Part shown: one piece after another, positions 37,901-51,026 of the stretch
How the letters are laid out: each line of letters opens with the position of its first letter
How positions within the stretch are numbered: position 1 is the stretch's first letter
Assembly: GCA_030264375.1 (NCBI GenBank)
Contig: JASCQW010000109.1
Coordinates: forward strand, 51,639,263-51,703,262
Length of the DNA: 64,000 nt
From: Carcharhinus longimanus
Taxonomy: Eukaryota
Direction of reading: 5' to 3'
Position numbers and translations under genes: made by a program
The notes under the pieces: model-generated
The model's input: the letters and a program-made list of their open reading frames with translations, nothing else
What the model was told of the DNA's origin: nothing
Databases searched by the model: none

Positions 37901-39589
37901 ATTCCTCCTCATGGACTGAAAAACTTTTAAGTACTATATTTGAAAATTGGATCCAAAAACAATTTTCTTAAAATAAAACTCTTGTGTTGCTTTAAGACTG
38001 ACTTGCACCTGCTCTGAGAAGTACTTCCAGACAAACATCAAGAGAATAAGGAGTCAACTGAAAGACCCTTGTTGACGTATGAAGTGAGGCATTCACTTAA
38101 AATGAGCTGCTGTAAATGATACAGGCCCAAATGTAAATTGATGGGAGAGCACCCAGCATGGAACAGGCTGCAGTGCTTAACAGCAACATTCCTGGTCATG
38201 CACACAATCATTTCATCCGGTGGTGGTAATATCATTGGGAGAATATCTAACATCATATGCACTATAAATGTTTTGTATTATCTTAAACGGCAATAACTCA
38301 CTGCCGTGTGTACTACAATGATTTTGTTTATCCTCATGGCACAGGAAGACATAATCAGAATCCTATTGCATACAGCATTTCCTGCGCAGTCCAATGGAGC
38401 AACAATACATTTAGCTAATTGGTATCAGAAAATCAATATGATTAGTTCCTTAAGGCAAAGAGTGTCCATCATTTGAAATAATGCAGCCCATGTTAGCTGT
38501 TGTCTAAAATACTACAGCCACTAATAATAAAACTAACAAAACCCTTTCAATAACCCTCCCCTAACAAAAAGGGGTAATCTCTGCAACCTTATAGCCAATA
38601 TTTACTTTACTTGTATTCTAGCCATAGTCAATGCATCTCCCAATCTTGTAGATATTGGCACAGATGTTTTGCTTCAAAATTAATGTGAAATTCTCTGCCC
38701 AAGTTAGTGTGTGAGTACAGGCCACCAGAAAGGCACTTGTTCAGATACAATTCTAGAAACACAAGTTACAGCTTTAAAGAAGCTAGTGCGCCATAATTTT
38801 AGTCCAAGTTCTTTTTTCCCCCCCCAAACTCAATGAAAACTAGAAATATGAATAAATGCTAACTTGCAGTGGACAAGAATAGAATGCTGCCTCAACTGAC
38901 AGGATGCTGAACAACAGAAACCAGAAGCTCAAATTCAGTTCTTACGCGGCAGAGAGTTTTCAGATATAAACCGGGGTAGGAGTGTGATGCTACGGTTACA
39001 GTCTTTTTCCTTTATTAACCAGGGATAATCAGCCAACAATAGTTGCGTCCATTGTCTTAGTGATTCCACTGCTGGAACAGTGAATGTATTTGGTTCTGGC
39101 CAGGTTCAGACTTGGCTGTAATGCCTTTTACAAGAAAAATATCCTCTAACCTGCACTCTTAGTCTAGGATCTGACGAGAACAATGGACATTTCTAGGTGA
39201 GGTACCAGACCATGCCTGATACCCACATTCAGCAGATGAGGGTCGGCGGTAGCCGGGGTGGGGGAGGGGAAGCAGAATTAATGCAGAAACTGTTTAATGC
39301 AGCGATAGATCAACTGTGTGCCAAGTTATTTGAAATTTGTATTCCAAAAAGGTAATCCTTACAGATTTGTTCATGACACTGAATTTGTCTGAAGTTATTT
39401 GGTGAGCATTCATGATTCAGCTCAATTTGAAGCATCAGTTCTGCAGCTGGAACCATTCTGGCTCTGGGTATGGCTTAAATGTCCACACAAATTTAAATTG
39501 TGGCACACAGCTTCGTTTAGAATCCAGATATCAAAAGCAAAAGGTTTGTTTTTATTTAAATAGAAATTCAGAAGGCACATGCTCAACTT
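34935..39589 (-). other. PDLIM4: Probable long 3' UTR of PDLIM4
   Basis: Follows the stop codon and contains no recognisable young SINE or CR1 copies. Minus-strand AATAAA at 39551-39556, 39011-39016 and 34954-34959. The extent is inferred, not shown. Confidence 0.45.
34954..34959 (-). promoter_or_regulatory. Candidate distal polyadenylation signal
   Basis: Minus strand reads gaataagAATAAAgccatgaacacaaaactac, followed by T/GT-rich tttatttgccttggtgtttcatttc. Confidence 0.45.
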
Positions 39590-39785
39590 TTACACTCTGG
39601 AATTAGGATACACAGCTACAACTTCATATCCCTCTGGAGGCTGTACTCTTGCTTTCGCATGGGTCTCACAGTATAGTTGCTCTTCGATAAAGAAGTAGCC
39701 TTTCTGCTTCAGATTTAACCCACAGTCGGAGCACATAAAGCACGCTGGGTGGTAGAGCTTCTCTCGCGCCTTAACAACAGCACCA
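39590..39785 (-). CDS. PDLIM4: PDLIM4 last coding exon (LIM zinc fingers, C-terminus and TAA stop)
   Basis: Acceptor ttttccttttgccAG. 196 nt. Encodes [64 protein letters not shown], near-identical to the recalled RIL C-terminus [28 protein letters not shown]...AKARVKPPEGYDVVAVYPN. Confidence 0.97.
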
Positions 39786-41457
39786 CTGGCAAAAGGAAAA
39801 ATGTCAAAAGAGAGATTTTAGAATGAATGATTCTGAGAGGACAAACAAGATTTCAAGTTATACAATCACCAGGGTGTGTTGCGATGATATAATTAGTAAA
39901 AAGATAGGAACGAGAGAAACGAGCGATCAAGTCTTGAAAATAGTGCAGAACTCATTTAGTGAAAAGCATCATCAGATCAGAATTAAATCCAGTAAAAAGT
40001 ATGACTTTTTTTTTTAAAATACACCTCTGCTAGCAAATACTTAGTTGAAGCATTCAAATGTGGACTTGGATTGAACTTGATGTTCCATTTAGACAGTATG
40101 CTCAATCAGAAAAAGGTTAAACTGACTGATGGAATCTTAAATAATGGGATTGATTGAAAGAGTATTGCTCATGTTTCCATTGAGATCGCAGTAGTAAATT
40201 ACAGTTTTTCAGGCAGTCCAGACAAATATTGAATAGTAAATGTCACACTAAGCTATCAGCATCTTTCCTCACTATCCTTCCTGAATTCACTACTATTCCA
40301 GCTCACTTATAAATGAATGTGTTTTTGTTTCGTCCTTTCCTGCACAATCCACACATTGTAGAATATGCATGAAACATCTATCCAGGCCTCTTCCTAGCTT
40401 GCTCTGGACTGTGTGCACCTTATAGATAAACAACCTCATTGGTCTCTGCTCATGTTTTGCTGTAATGGTGGTTCTCAAGCTTCTTTGATTGAAGGGCCCA
40501 CTTTTCAAGTAGATTAGTAATCACAGATCCCCTATCTAAATTGTACAGCTATGAAACACTTGTAATGCGAAAGTGCTGCATTAAAAAGAGTATTTAAAAA
40601 ATGCTTTTATGAAAATGGGAATTTACTTACAAATGGCAGTGAGATAAATTGCCTGCAGAGTCTGTCTATCCTCAAGTCTATTTCCTTGGTAGGTCAGAAT
40701 ACCAGTACACACTGCTGTGCATGTGATGTTCACACTCTCGTTACTGCCTCCAGGGTCACATTGCACATAATTTTGAGGGCTCCCTGAAAAGTCTCAATGG
40801 CCCTAGTTTGAGAACTGCTGCCAGGTAGCAATGCAACCAAGATTGGTATGGATGAAATTACAGGTACAGATTGCAACACAAATGGCTTGCAAATTGGACA
40901 GGAAGTTACTGCACTATTATCAAATGAGACTGGGGTCTATGGCAATCAGCAAGATCCTTCTCTCTGAAGTGCCATGCTCATGCATGTGTCAATATTCTGT
41001 ACATCCCTCGATCATCACTGATGAATTTTGCCCGAGAGGTTCTCAGGGGAGAGTGTCTTTTCTCGGTGGGCTGCTCAGCAACCTGCACCCTCTCAAATCT
41101 CATTATAGAGTGGGATTAAATAACGTGCACTACAGGAGCAAAGAAGGACAAAATTAAAGTGCAACTGAGGATGGAAAGGAAAGAAAGACAAGGTGGAACA
41201 ACAAATATGGGATTGAATTTACTGAACTTATAGTGATGGAAGTGGAAGCTGATCCTTCTTAGGCAGGTGACAGGACTTTGCAACAGCTATTACTGACTGG
41301 GGCCAGTGCTGCTATCCAATGGAGGATGTTGGCCTGCTCCTGAGAGCTACTGTCCCATTAGAGGGCTGGCAGCTCAGCAGCACGACTGCTAGTGATGGTT
41401 ACTACCCCGCCTACAGCTTGAGGATTAGTGAAGCTGGACACAGGTGTTGATACTTAC

Positions 41458-41578
41458 ACTATGCCAGTCTCGCATCTTGTACATTGCGGTAACTTCTGTA
41501 GTGAGGGTGCAGAATTGCTGAATTTTGTTACAGGAGATTTTACACTTTTGGTGATAGCCGGCCTTTCACTTTTTTCGC
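41458..41578 (-). CDS. PDLIM4: PDLIM4 penultimate coding exon (start of LIM domain)
   Basis: Acceptor aatgttttatAG and donor GT|GTAAGT. 121 nt. Encodes GEKSERPAITKSVKSPVTKFSNSAPSLQKLPQCTRCETGIV (human: LQGLPECTRCGHGIV). Absent from the ORF track; read by hand. Confidence 0.95.
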
Positions 41579-43246
41579 CTATAAAACATTTCAGAAATTA
41601 CACATTTTAGGACTGTACAATTGAGGTTTGCAATATGTGTACACAGATATAAATATACATATAATAATAATAAATCTATGCTCTGCTTGTTTAAGTGCAA
41701 GTTAATTTATCTGGCTGGACTGCAACTTCGCACTGAAAGATGAGCATTATGTTGCCAAACTCTCACTCACTGCTTTGCGGCAGATAGTACTATATCCACT
41801 GCCTTTCTATTACAGACTCCAGTCAATGCAGAGAACAAAAATGTAAAATTTTCCTGCAATACTATGAAATCATTAACTGGCCTCAGTAACGTCCCAAAGG
41901 TCCATACTTTACATTGAATATTCCAAGACACGAATCTGAAAACCATGGCCTGAAACATTGCCTAAGACAAGGGTCGCAACAACCATTGGAGAGCTGACAG
42001 AGAACCCGCAAGTTCCATGATCTAGGTCCAATGGAATACGGGACTTCCCTGCAGAAGATCCACCTGATCACCAATCAATGGCTGCCAGTTTGCCATTGCC
42101 GTCAATGCCAGTGGGGGTGGTGGCTGTGGGAAGAAACCCAGGATCATTGTGGGCCCCCAGGCTAAACAGGAGTGATGGCAGGATGGGAATTGTGGGGGCA
42201 GGGTTGGCAGAGGCCAGGGCAAAGTGTAACTTTCAGCAACCAGCCACTTGCCTGATGCCCAGTCCTTAAATTTAGGCACAGATCCTACCCACATGGGACC
42301 ATCACTCCACTCCCCCAATGAGGCCGCTGGCAAGCCCAATAAGGATTTGCTGTATGGCCTTTACGAACGAGCAGGAAAGCTGTGTGGTCCCAATTTGATT
42401 CTTGAACAATCACTGAATCGCGATAAGCTCAGGGATAAGTGGTGTCAATTGGTTCATTACAGGCCAAATTCATATCCCGTATGGGCATCTACTGGACACA
42501 TTGGGGTGCAGGTAGGAACTGAAACATGAAGATTGTTTTAAAAAATTATCAATAACCACATTGGTTACATTTTGCAATATGCCACAAATAAATATTTTGC
42601 CAGCAACTGATTGGTCTTCTAGTAATAGGTATTACTCAGATTGCCATTAAAAACTCAATTTCACCTCACTGAACATGGTTTCACACAGGAATGCGAGAGC
42701 TGGAAAAAGGGTAATTGTCCCCACATTAACGGATTTCACCGATTGCTGGCTCAGTAAATGCAGAGGGTGTTGGATGCGACAGTCTGTGGCAGGGCAGTGA
42801 ATGACAGGCTGCAACGGCAGGAGTTTGGTGTTTGCCTGTGCTAAATCCTGAAGTCGGCAAGTTTCAAAAGAGTAATGACAGATCCAACAAAGTTATCCTG
42901 GCTGGAGGGATACCGGAACAGGAGGAATGCACTGGTACCCTGGGAATGGGGATGGAGTTCAAATGAGAGGGATGGCATAGGAAAGGTTGAGTGGTATAGA
43001 ATTGGGATTTAAAGTAGTACTGTTGTAATAAATATATTAATTTCACCTCAGGTATTTTGAGAGAGTCTCAGTTTTTAAATAACCAAGTACTTACTGTAAG
43101 TACTAACGTACTTACTGCCTATCAAAAATGAAACTTTTTTTTTAAACCAACATACTGGATTTTGAGGCAGTTAAAAGAAATAACAAAAAAAAAGCTATCT
43201 AATCATGTAAAAGGTACTAATGGCCCATCCTTCCGCTAGGCATTAC

Positions 43247-43404
43247 CTGTCTGCTCTGCTTCCAGCATGCCCTGTAGTAATTTGAAAGAGCCAGACTGTT
43301 TAGGTTCTGAAATCGGTTCCTCGCCATCTTGAAGCATCTTATAAACATCTGATTCAGTGTCGACCTCATTCCACAACTTTGGCGATAGCTTTGGTGGATC
43401 AGTG
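43247..43404 (-). CDS. PDLIM4: PDLIM4 internal coding exon (ALP-family middle motif)
   Basis: Acceptor ttttgttttcatacAG and donor ACAG|GTAATG. 158 nt. Encodes TDPPKLSPKLWNEVDTESDVYKMLQDGEEPISEPKQSGSFKLLQGMLEAEQT, matching RIL SEVYRML...EPKQSGSFRYLQGMLEA. Confidence 0.95.
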
Positions 43405-43744
43405 CTGTATGAAAACAAAAGCTTTTGGAATTAAGCATACACGGATGAACAGATGATTAGATTTTTAACCACTAATTTTTTTCCAAGTGGTGCATGTCAT
43501 AACTCTTGTAATTCTGAAAATATGTTATACACGACAATGTATGATTTGACATTCTTATATTGGAATGTGCAGATTTTTCTGAAAATCTGCCTGATTTCTG
43601 TGGTCTTGCTGCATTTTTTTGTGCAATATATTCATTGTGATTCATTGGCAAAGAGTCCAACCACACAGTTCCCTTGCCCAGTTTGAAAGGAGGTTAGTAA
43701 GCAGTGAATAATTCAGTCAAAAGATACAAGAAAAATAAGTGGAA

Positions 43745-44400
43745 CAAAATTAAAATGCTGTGGATGCTGGAGATCAGTACTAAAATCCTCAATCTGAAAG
43801 CAGCCAGTTCAGTGTTTCAAGTTGATGACTTTTCATTGGAAATAAGAGTCAGAGATTTAACGGTTCATAAAAAAAACTCAGTACTGGGGGGGGAGAAATG
43901 AAAAGGCAATTTCTGTGAGCAGTTGGAGGGATTAAGTAACAAAAGGAATGGCAGTCCAAGGCAAAAGGGATTGGTAATTGGACCGTTATGAAACAAAATA
44001 TTGGCCCAGGGGAGGTGTAAAATGGTTACAGCAGAAACTATTACCAATATACGTTCCACATGAAAATGGAGTGATGATTCAAAGTCGTTGAATGCAATGT
44101 TGAAGCTGCAAGGCTGTGAAGTATCAATCAAAAGACAGCGTTGGCCCTCGATTTTGCACTGAACTTAAAAATAAATGTAGAAGGGCAAGGACAGAGAGAT
44201 TGGAATGAGCGTGGGATGAAGAATTTGAAACAGAAATCAACTGGAAGTGAAGGCTCACTCTTGCAGGCTGGATGTGCTCAGCAAGCAGTCAATCATTCTG
44301 GGTTCGACCTCCCAGTGCGGACTGGACTGTGACCAGCATATATAGTATGCCAAGTTAGAAAAACTGGAAGAGGATAATGCCATTTAACCCGTTAAGCCAG
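43745..44400 (-). mobile_element. Degenerate Penelope-like retroelement 3' end (GIY-YIG endonuclease remnant)
   Basis: Minus translation gives DTSQPCSFNIAFNDF (PLE consensus GTLQPxGLNIEFNNF) and HSNLSVLALLH, followed by a 3' UTR ending ...ccagcatccacagcatttt. Confidence 0.65.
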
Positions 44401-44929
44401 AGTGTTTGGGACCCTTGTGATGCACATGTCACACCCTCAGAGGGTGGAAAACTTCTTCCAAACATACAGGCAGAATTAAAGGTGCCATTTGGTCTTCAGC
44501 TATCACTGACCTTGTGACCATATTAGTTGCACTCAACAATAAACTATTCACCAATAGACAGTTTCGATTCAGCCAAGACCACTTGACTCCAGAGTCTTAG
44601 TCCAATCCTGGACTAAATTCCAGAGAGATGAGCAACTGCTCCTGACAACAAATGTAGCATTTGGCATCACGGAGTCCAGATAAAACTAAATCAATGGGAA
44701 TTGGGGCTCTACTGGCTGCAGTTGTACTTTGTAAAAAAGAAGCTTGTTATTGTTGTTGAAGGCAAATCATCCCTGTTCACGGCATGGATAGTGGAAAACC
44801 ACAGAACAAAGTCCATGACCCAAATATCTTCAACTCCTTCATTAATGACCTGCCCTCAAACTTAAAAGGTCAAAGTGGGGATGTAAACTGATGATTGAAC
44901 AAGGTACACTCGCAGCTCCTCATATATTC

Positions 44930-47060
44930 TTCTCTTCGCAAGCAGTCGAGGATGACTTGCTTCCACATTAGTTCTCAGGTGACTCAGTAAACTCACCACA
45001 AATGTGCAGCTTCCAGTCTCTGTCCAAGGTGGGACAGACGGTGCTTGGATGAGTGGGTGGGTGGGGTGAACAAGTTGGCATATGCTCCTTTCACTGTCTA
45101 CGCTTGGCTTCAGGTTGCCCTTGGTGATTTAACAGCTTAACTGGTGAAACTCAAGTCATAGAATCTCTCCAGTGCAAAAAGGAGGCCATTCAGCCCATTN
45201 NNNNNNNNNNNNNNNNNNNNNNNNNNNNNNNNNNNNNNNNNNNNNNNNNNNNNNNNNNNNNNNNNNNNNNNNNNNNNNNNNNNNNNNNNNNNNNNNNNNT
45301 CTGCACTGACAGAGATTTTGTGTTTCTGGGAAGGTGGGGGGGGGGGCCCAGGTCAGGGAATCGCAGCTGTAAGTGGGGATGCTGCAGTTTTCAAAAAGGA
45401 GGCTTTGAGGGTATCCCTGAACCATTTTCCCTGTCCTCCTGTGGCTAGCTTGTGTCAAAGCTCCGTGCAGAATGCTCATTTTGGGAGTCGCGTGTCAGGC
45501 ATGAGGATGGTGTGGCCAGCCCAGCAGAGTTGTTTAAGAGTGTTTAATGCTTCAATGCCAGGGTGCTGGCGTGAAGACATGGATATTGGTGTGCCTATCC
45601 TGCCAATGGATTTGCAGGGTCTTGCCAAGATAGTGCTGGTGATACTTCTCCAGGATTCGGAGCTGCTGGTTGTACATAGTCCACATCTGAGCCATACAGG
45701 AGGGTGGGTTTCCCTACTGCACTGTAGGCCATGAGCTTGGTGCCAGGTTTGAGGTCCTGGTTTTTTCCCTTCCTCAGGAGACCAAAGGTTGTGCTGGCAC
45801 ACTGAAGATGTTGTTGAACATTGTCACTCTTGTCTGCCCTTGTTGACAGTAGGCTCTAAAACATGGAAAGCAGTCTGCCTTGTTGATTTTGATAAATGGG
45901 TGGGTGGGTGAAGTGCTATGTAGCAGGGGCATGCTGGTGGAGGACCCTTGCATTTGACCTATGCTCCTGAACATTTCAATGAAGGAGATGATGATGACTT
46001 GGAGGTTGTGTGTGTGCTGATGCAAGCATCACCTGTAGTCCAATGACAGAGGATGGAACAGCCTTGGATCTCGCCTGCAGGTGGCACAGGTTGAACAGCT
46101 TTTCTTTTTTCTGTATTTTAATTCCACTCCAGCCAGGAGCTTGATGAGGGCAAGAAAGATCGAGAAGAGCATCAGTATGATCACACAGCCTTCCTTAACC
46201 CCAGTCTGAACTTCAGTTGGGTTTGTAACAGATCTGTTGGTAGAGATCATGGCTTGCATGTCATCATGGAGTAGGTAGAGGATGGAGACAAGCTTTTGTG
46301 GGCAGTCAAAATGGGGAGGATGTTCCAAAATAACTTTGTGGTTGACACTGTCAAAGGCTTTCCTGAGCTCAAAGGCAGCCATGTACAAGGGTTGACATTG
46401 TTTTCTGCATTTGCTGTGTAGTTGCTGCTTGGTGACATGGTGACAGAGCTGCTTTTTTGCTCTCTCTCTTGTCCTACCAAATAAACCTGTTGGACTTTAA
46501 CCTGGTATTGAGACTACTTACTGTGCCTACCCCAGTCCAACGCCAGCAACTCCACATCATTCTTGCTCTCTGGTCAGGGTCCTGTTTCAGGTTGAGGCGA
46601 GCCTTGTACTTGTGGCTTATCCTTTCATGGGTCGACCGATCGTTCTTATTGAGCCAGTCTTGACGTTTCCTGGTTGAGTAACTAAGTATCTCTTTGCAGG
46701 TGCTGATTATGGAGGCCTCAAGGGCAGACAAGGTGCTGTGGACACTTTGCGTCTCTGGGATACCAGGGGTAGTCAGCTGGCAATGAGGCTTGGCAATTTT
46801 CTTGTAGCATGGTTTCTGTTGCCATCACTGCTTTGGGGCTACATTGATGTTGAGCAGAGCGGATTATACAGTTCTGGTTTTCACAGTTGGGGTTATCCAA
46901 CAGGGGTCCTCATGTTCTGGATCCAGTTGCCTGGGTGAGATTTCTTTTAAAGTGGGAACACATTGCACACCAGCTCCCACACAGGCTTGATGTAGAAAGG
47001 CCTTGTCTCAGTGGCAAGGGGTCCCAAGTTGACTGCTAACCAGGCTCTGCTGTATGGGCC
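44930..47060 (-). mobile_element. RTE-clade (BovB-like) LINE, fragmented
   Basis: Minus ORFs: FELRKAFDSVN...CPQKLVSILYLLHDDMQA...TGVKEGCVI, LKQLCWAGHTILMPDTRLPK and STRKRQDWLNKND. Confidence 0.85.
46466..46562 (+). mobile_element. Single-arm Penelope-like insert inside the RTE, with a 9-bp TSD
   Basis: ccaaataaacctgttggactttaacctgg...ccccagtccaacgccagcaactccacatca, flanked by ttgctctct at 46457-46465 and 46563-46571. Confidence 0.75.
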
Positions 47061-47349
47061 TAGGACATACATGCACACAACTCCTTCGCTCCTCCTTTCC
47101 ATATGGTCGTCTCTCCCTGGGATTGATAAAGTACAGTGGCACCTGCTCTGCTGACTGAAGTTTCACTCTATATCCTGATTTCCTCACTGAAGTTTTTTTT
47201 TTAAAATACACTGCTCTCCTCACGGGTCTCACTTTTTAAATCCAACACGCCTTGCTCAAGTCTCATTCCTTATGCCCCACTCAAGTACTGCAAGTACTCC
47301 TCACTGACATCTCACTCTTTAAGCCCTGTGCATTTTACTCCTCATAAAA

Positions 47350-47570
47350 GATGTAAAGTTGCCATAGTCCCTGATGATTATAGGCTGCTGTCTGCTTTGA
47401 GAGAGAGCGCTGATTGGTGTTGATTTATCTTGAGGATTAACACACCTCAGACGAGTGGCAAGGCCGAGAAGACAGGCAATTATGAATAATCTCATCTGGT
47501 ACAGGAACTGAACCCATGCTGTCAAAGTTGCTCTTCATCACTAACCAGTTGTCCAGCTAACTGAACCAAG
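47350..47570 (-). mobile_element. tRNA-derived SINE of a different family
   Basis: Minus strand starts ggttcagttagctggacaactggttagtgatg...agcatgggttcagttcctgtacc (A/B-box-like). Confidence 0.5.
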
Positions 47571-49477
47571 TGTAACATTGTAAGCACAAAAGTGCCAGGC
47601 AATGATAGTCCCCAACAAAAGGAGATTCTAATCGCCTCTCTTTTGACATTTTAGAAGCACTACCATCACTGGGTTCCCCACTATCATCATCCTGGGGTTA
47701 CCACTAACCAGAAAGATATGTCACTGTTTCAGTCAGCTATGTGGTGACAAAAGCAGCCAAGAGGTGATGAATTTTGTAGCAAGTAACACACCTCCTGACT
47801 GCCAAAGCCTTCTCACCAGTTACAAGGCACAAGTTCAGAGTGTAATGGAATACTCTCCAATTCCCTAGATGAGTGCAGCTCCCAGGACACTCAAATCTCA
47901 ACATCAACCAGTCACTCATTCTTGCAATGTGAAACTCTTGTGTACAAAAGTTATAATTGAATAAATGCATTCCATGAAATGGAGGAGGGAAAGAGAACTA
48001 AATATCAGCCAGTAATTTTCAAATATAGCACTTACGCAGCTCACTTGGTCAAAGCAGTGGTAACAAAATCCAATGGGGTCTCGGGTTTGACCTCAGGCTA
48101 TGTAGGGTTAGTTGTTTTTTGAGAGGGTGGTAAATGTGGTCCTGGTGGAAGAGCTTAGAGGGGGAAGATTTGGCCAGATTTTCCATCCCTTTCACCAACG
48201 AGCAATCCTTGCTGAAGTAGATACGCTTCAATGCTGGGTGAAGACAGGACCAGACTAGGGTTTTTAATGTTCCCAGGCTATGAGCAGCCTGCCAACACTC
48301 ACTGTGTAAACTCACAATGAGAGGTAATGGAGAATTACCGTGGACTCTAACAAGCAAGTCAATTGTTCAGGATGTGATAGAAAGCTGGCAGGAAAAGGAT
48401 GATTTGTATCAGCAGGGTACCTGTTGTACATGTGATATAGAGCCAAAATCATAAACTTGTATGAACTCACTCACAGCTATCAGCTTGCCAAACTGTGGCA
48501 TATAATATTCGAAACCAATTTCTTTGGATTTGTCCATTTGCAGAAAGGACAGAATTATTTCACCTTTAGTCCGAATAATAAAAAAAATTTAATCCAGCAT
48601 CTGTTTGCCATCAATTATCAGGACAAAAAGACATTGGACACATTGTCCTTTCTGCTCAAGAATCAGAGAGCACCACAGGGGAAATAACATTCTAACAAGA
48701 CACACATCATAAATCCAAGTGAATTTGATTCTCAGAGCACTGTGTTGTACTAAAATGCTGGTATGGTTTTGTAAAGTTAGCTCTTAACATGTGGAACGAG
48801 ACCTTTGGCAGTTTTGTATTTTATAACAGCTTGGTGGGGGGTGGGAGGAATAAAATAAATGCTTCATTGTTTATTTACTCTCCTCCTGCTGGGATATAGC
48901 TCCATGTGGCACCAATCATCCTCCTAAATAGCCTTTTTTCATTTGAGCTGAGACAATCAGTGTCAGAAAGCTATTTTACTGCAATAGATGTAATAGTTTG
49001 TCCAGTTCACATACTAATGGCAATCACCAGATTGTGTTACCAAAACATATTGCCAGTTTTCCCCCCCAACTACCTAGCTGATGATCTGTGAGGTCAGTTG
49101 TAATATCCTGAGATCAGATAAAATCGGCATATACTGAAGACTGAACATCACACCTGCCTGAGATACATGGCAGCTAGAATTTATTTTCAATGAAAATTTT
49201 CAAACTGATTTGGTAGAAGATCTGTCTCACATACCACAAACTCAAAAAATTAATTATCAGGAAAACACAAAGCAAACTGTCTTTCTACTTGCTATGTGGC
49301 AGTGGAAATCTGCCAATAGAAATGTTAGAACTCCCATGGCGGTTTAGCTGGAATTCAGCCATACAAGCCCAAGAAAAAAAGGTTCAAATTCCATTCTCAT
49401 GGAGAGGTGGGCTCAAAACTGATAATCAATCTCATTATACATCCCACATTCTTTCTGTATATCTGAAGTTATTTAGG

Positions 49478-49824
49478 TATCAGCGGTAGCACCAGCAGCA
49501 TAGCTGCCTCTCAGTGCTAGAGACCCAGGTTCAATCCTGGCCTTGTCAGTGTGGAGCTTGCATGTTCTCCGCATATCTGTGTGGGTTTCCTCCGGGTGCT
49601 CCAGCTTTCTCCCAGAGTCCAAAGATGTGCGGGTTAGGTGGATTGGCCATGCTAAAATTACCCATTAGTGCGCCAAGATGTGTAGATTAGATGGATTAGC
49701 CATGGTATGTGTGTGAGGTTACAGAGATACGGTGGTGGAGGGGGCCTGGGTAAGATACTCTTGTAGGGAGTTGGTGTAGACAAGGTGGGCTGAATGGCCT
49801 CCTTCTGCACTTCAGAGATTCTAT
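49478..49824 (+). mobile_element. HE1-like V-SINE
   Basis: Head ccaggttcaatcc, V-domain, tail gggctgaatggcctccttctgcac...gattcta. Confidence 0.85.
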
Positions 49825-50048
49825 TTCTTTTTCAACTCGCCTTTTATTCTTCTAATTTAAGCTAAAAGTAATTTATTGTTTATAACAAACTTGTGAAAAT
49901 TAGGTTAAACTATTGGTTTTGATTAATCAAATTGCTTACGTGATTAGTAATTTCTGATAGGATACATCCAGGGTGAAACGGAGATTCGATACAGCTTAGT
50001 TAAATTACTGGAGATGAGAGAGAGAAATGAAAAATATTGGAGGGTGGG

Positions 50049-50923
50049 AGGAGGGAATTCTCCCGTCCCACTGCACTAATTTTTTTTTAAGCACAGCTGG
50101 CTGGGAGATTCAAGTAGTGCCCGATGCACGGGATCCAGACTGGGCATCACGCCACGATAGCGTTTCCCAGCATCATTCCAGCTGTGCCACTCCGTGCCAG
50201 AAATTGGTGGGGAGCCAAATGAATTATTCAAAACGCTAATGTCAACATAATTTAAATGCTATTCAAGGGCCGGTGACTGAAGTCCCTGGGTTCACTAGCA
50301 TCTCCCCTGCCACCAGGAGTATTTCACACCAGTAGGATTACAATAGCTCCCCACTTTTAGGGAGCTAGTAGCCTGAACGCCACTGGAGTGAAGGGGGGTG
50401 GGGGTGGCAAATCAGTGCCCCTGGAACTGCCTAAAGGGCAAAGTGCCAATGCCCAGCAGGTACCTTGGCACTGCCCATCAGGCATGGGGCAGTATCAAGG
50501 AGGAGGGGCCTAATACAGATGGAGTCTAATAAGGGGCAGATCAGTGGGGGTGGGGTGGGGGGTCCTGCTGCCACTCTGCACTCTGGGATTGAGCAGAGAG
50601 AGAGAGAGAGAGGCCAGCGATTGAGACTGGCTCACGCTTGAGCTGGCCAGTACACGGGAGGCCAGCAGACAGGAGCCACTGTGCATGAGCCAATCTCAGT
50701 ACTGACAGATTAGTGCATGTGCACTGGCCCACTCAGTGCTATGCTGCCAGATTCCTGGGTGGGAATAGGCCTCACCCCCAATTTTTTCCACACGCTTTAT
50801 GTTAGTGCACTAGCACACATTGTGGGAGATTCATTTTGAAGCTTCCACTGAAAAAAGACAGCGTGATTTCCTACAGTTTTCACACAAATTCGACAGCTAG
50901 AATTTTTTGGGGAGAATCCCAGT
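50049..50923. mobile_element. Longer non-autonomous DNA transposon
   Basis: Ends gggaattctccc / gggagaatccc resemble the TIRs of the short elements; GC-rich interior with no ORF similarity. Confidence 0.45.
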
Positions 50924-51026
50924 CGTGAGGTTCGAGAGAAAGGCAATCAGAGAACCCCTCCTTCCCACCACATCTACAAAGAGCAGCAGCAAATTTATTT
51001 TGCAGCAATCACCAAGACATACTTAC

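Larger units (their letters stand above)
44570..47905 (+). mobile_element. Old LINE RT region (44570-44925, resuming 47565-47905) split by RTE and SINE insertions
   Basis: ttcattaatgacctgccctc...gtggggatg...ctgatgattg (FINDLP...ADD-like). The second part parallels the LINE at 56940-57815. Confidence 0.55.

Noticed and set aside
48036-48420. 102-aa minus ORF with a nearby GTAAGT donor inside a PDLIM4 intron (possible alternative exon like the ALP muscle exons)
   Set aside because: No PDLIM-like motifs, the ORF stops before the donor, the acceptor is weak, and the plus strand resembles a decayed LINE 3' region (gagagggtggtaaatgtg).
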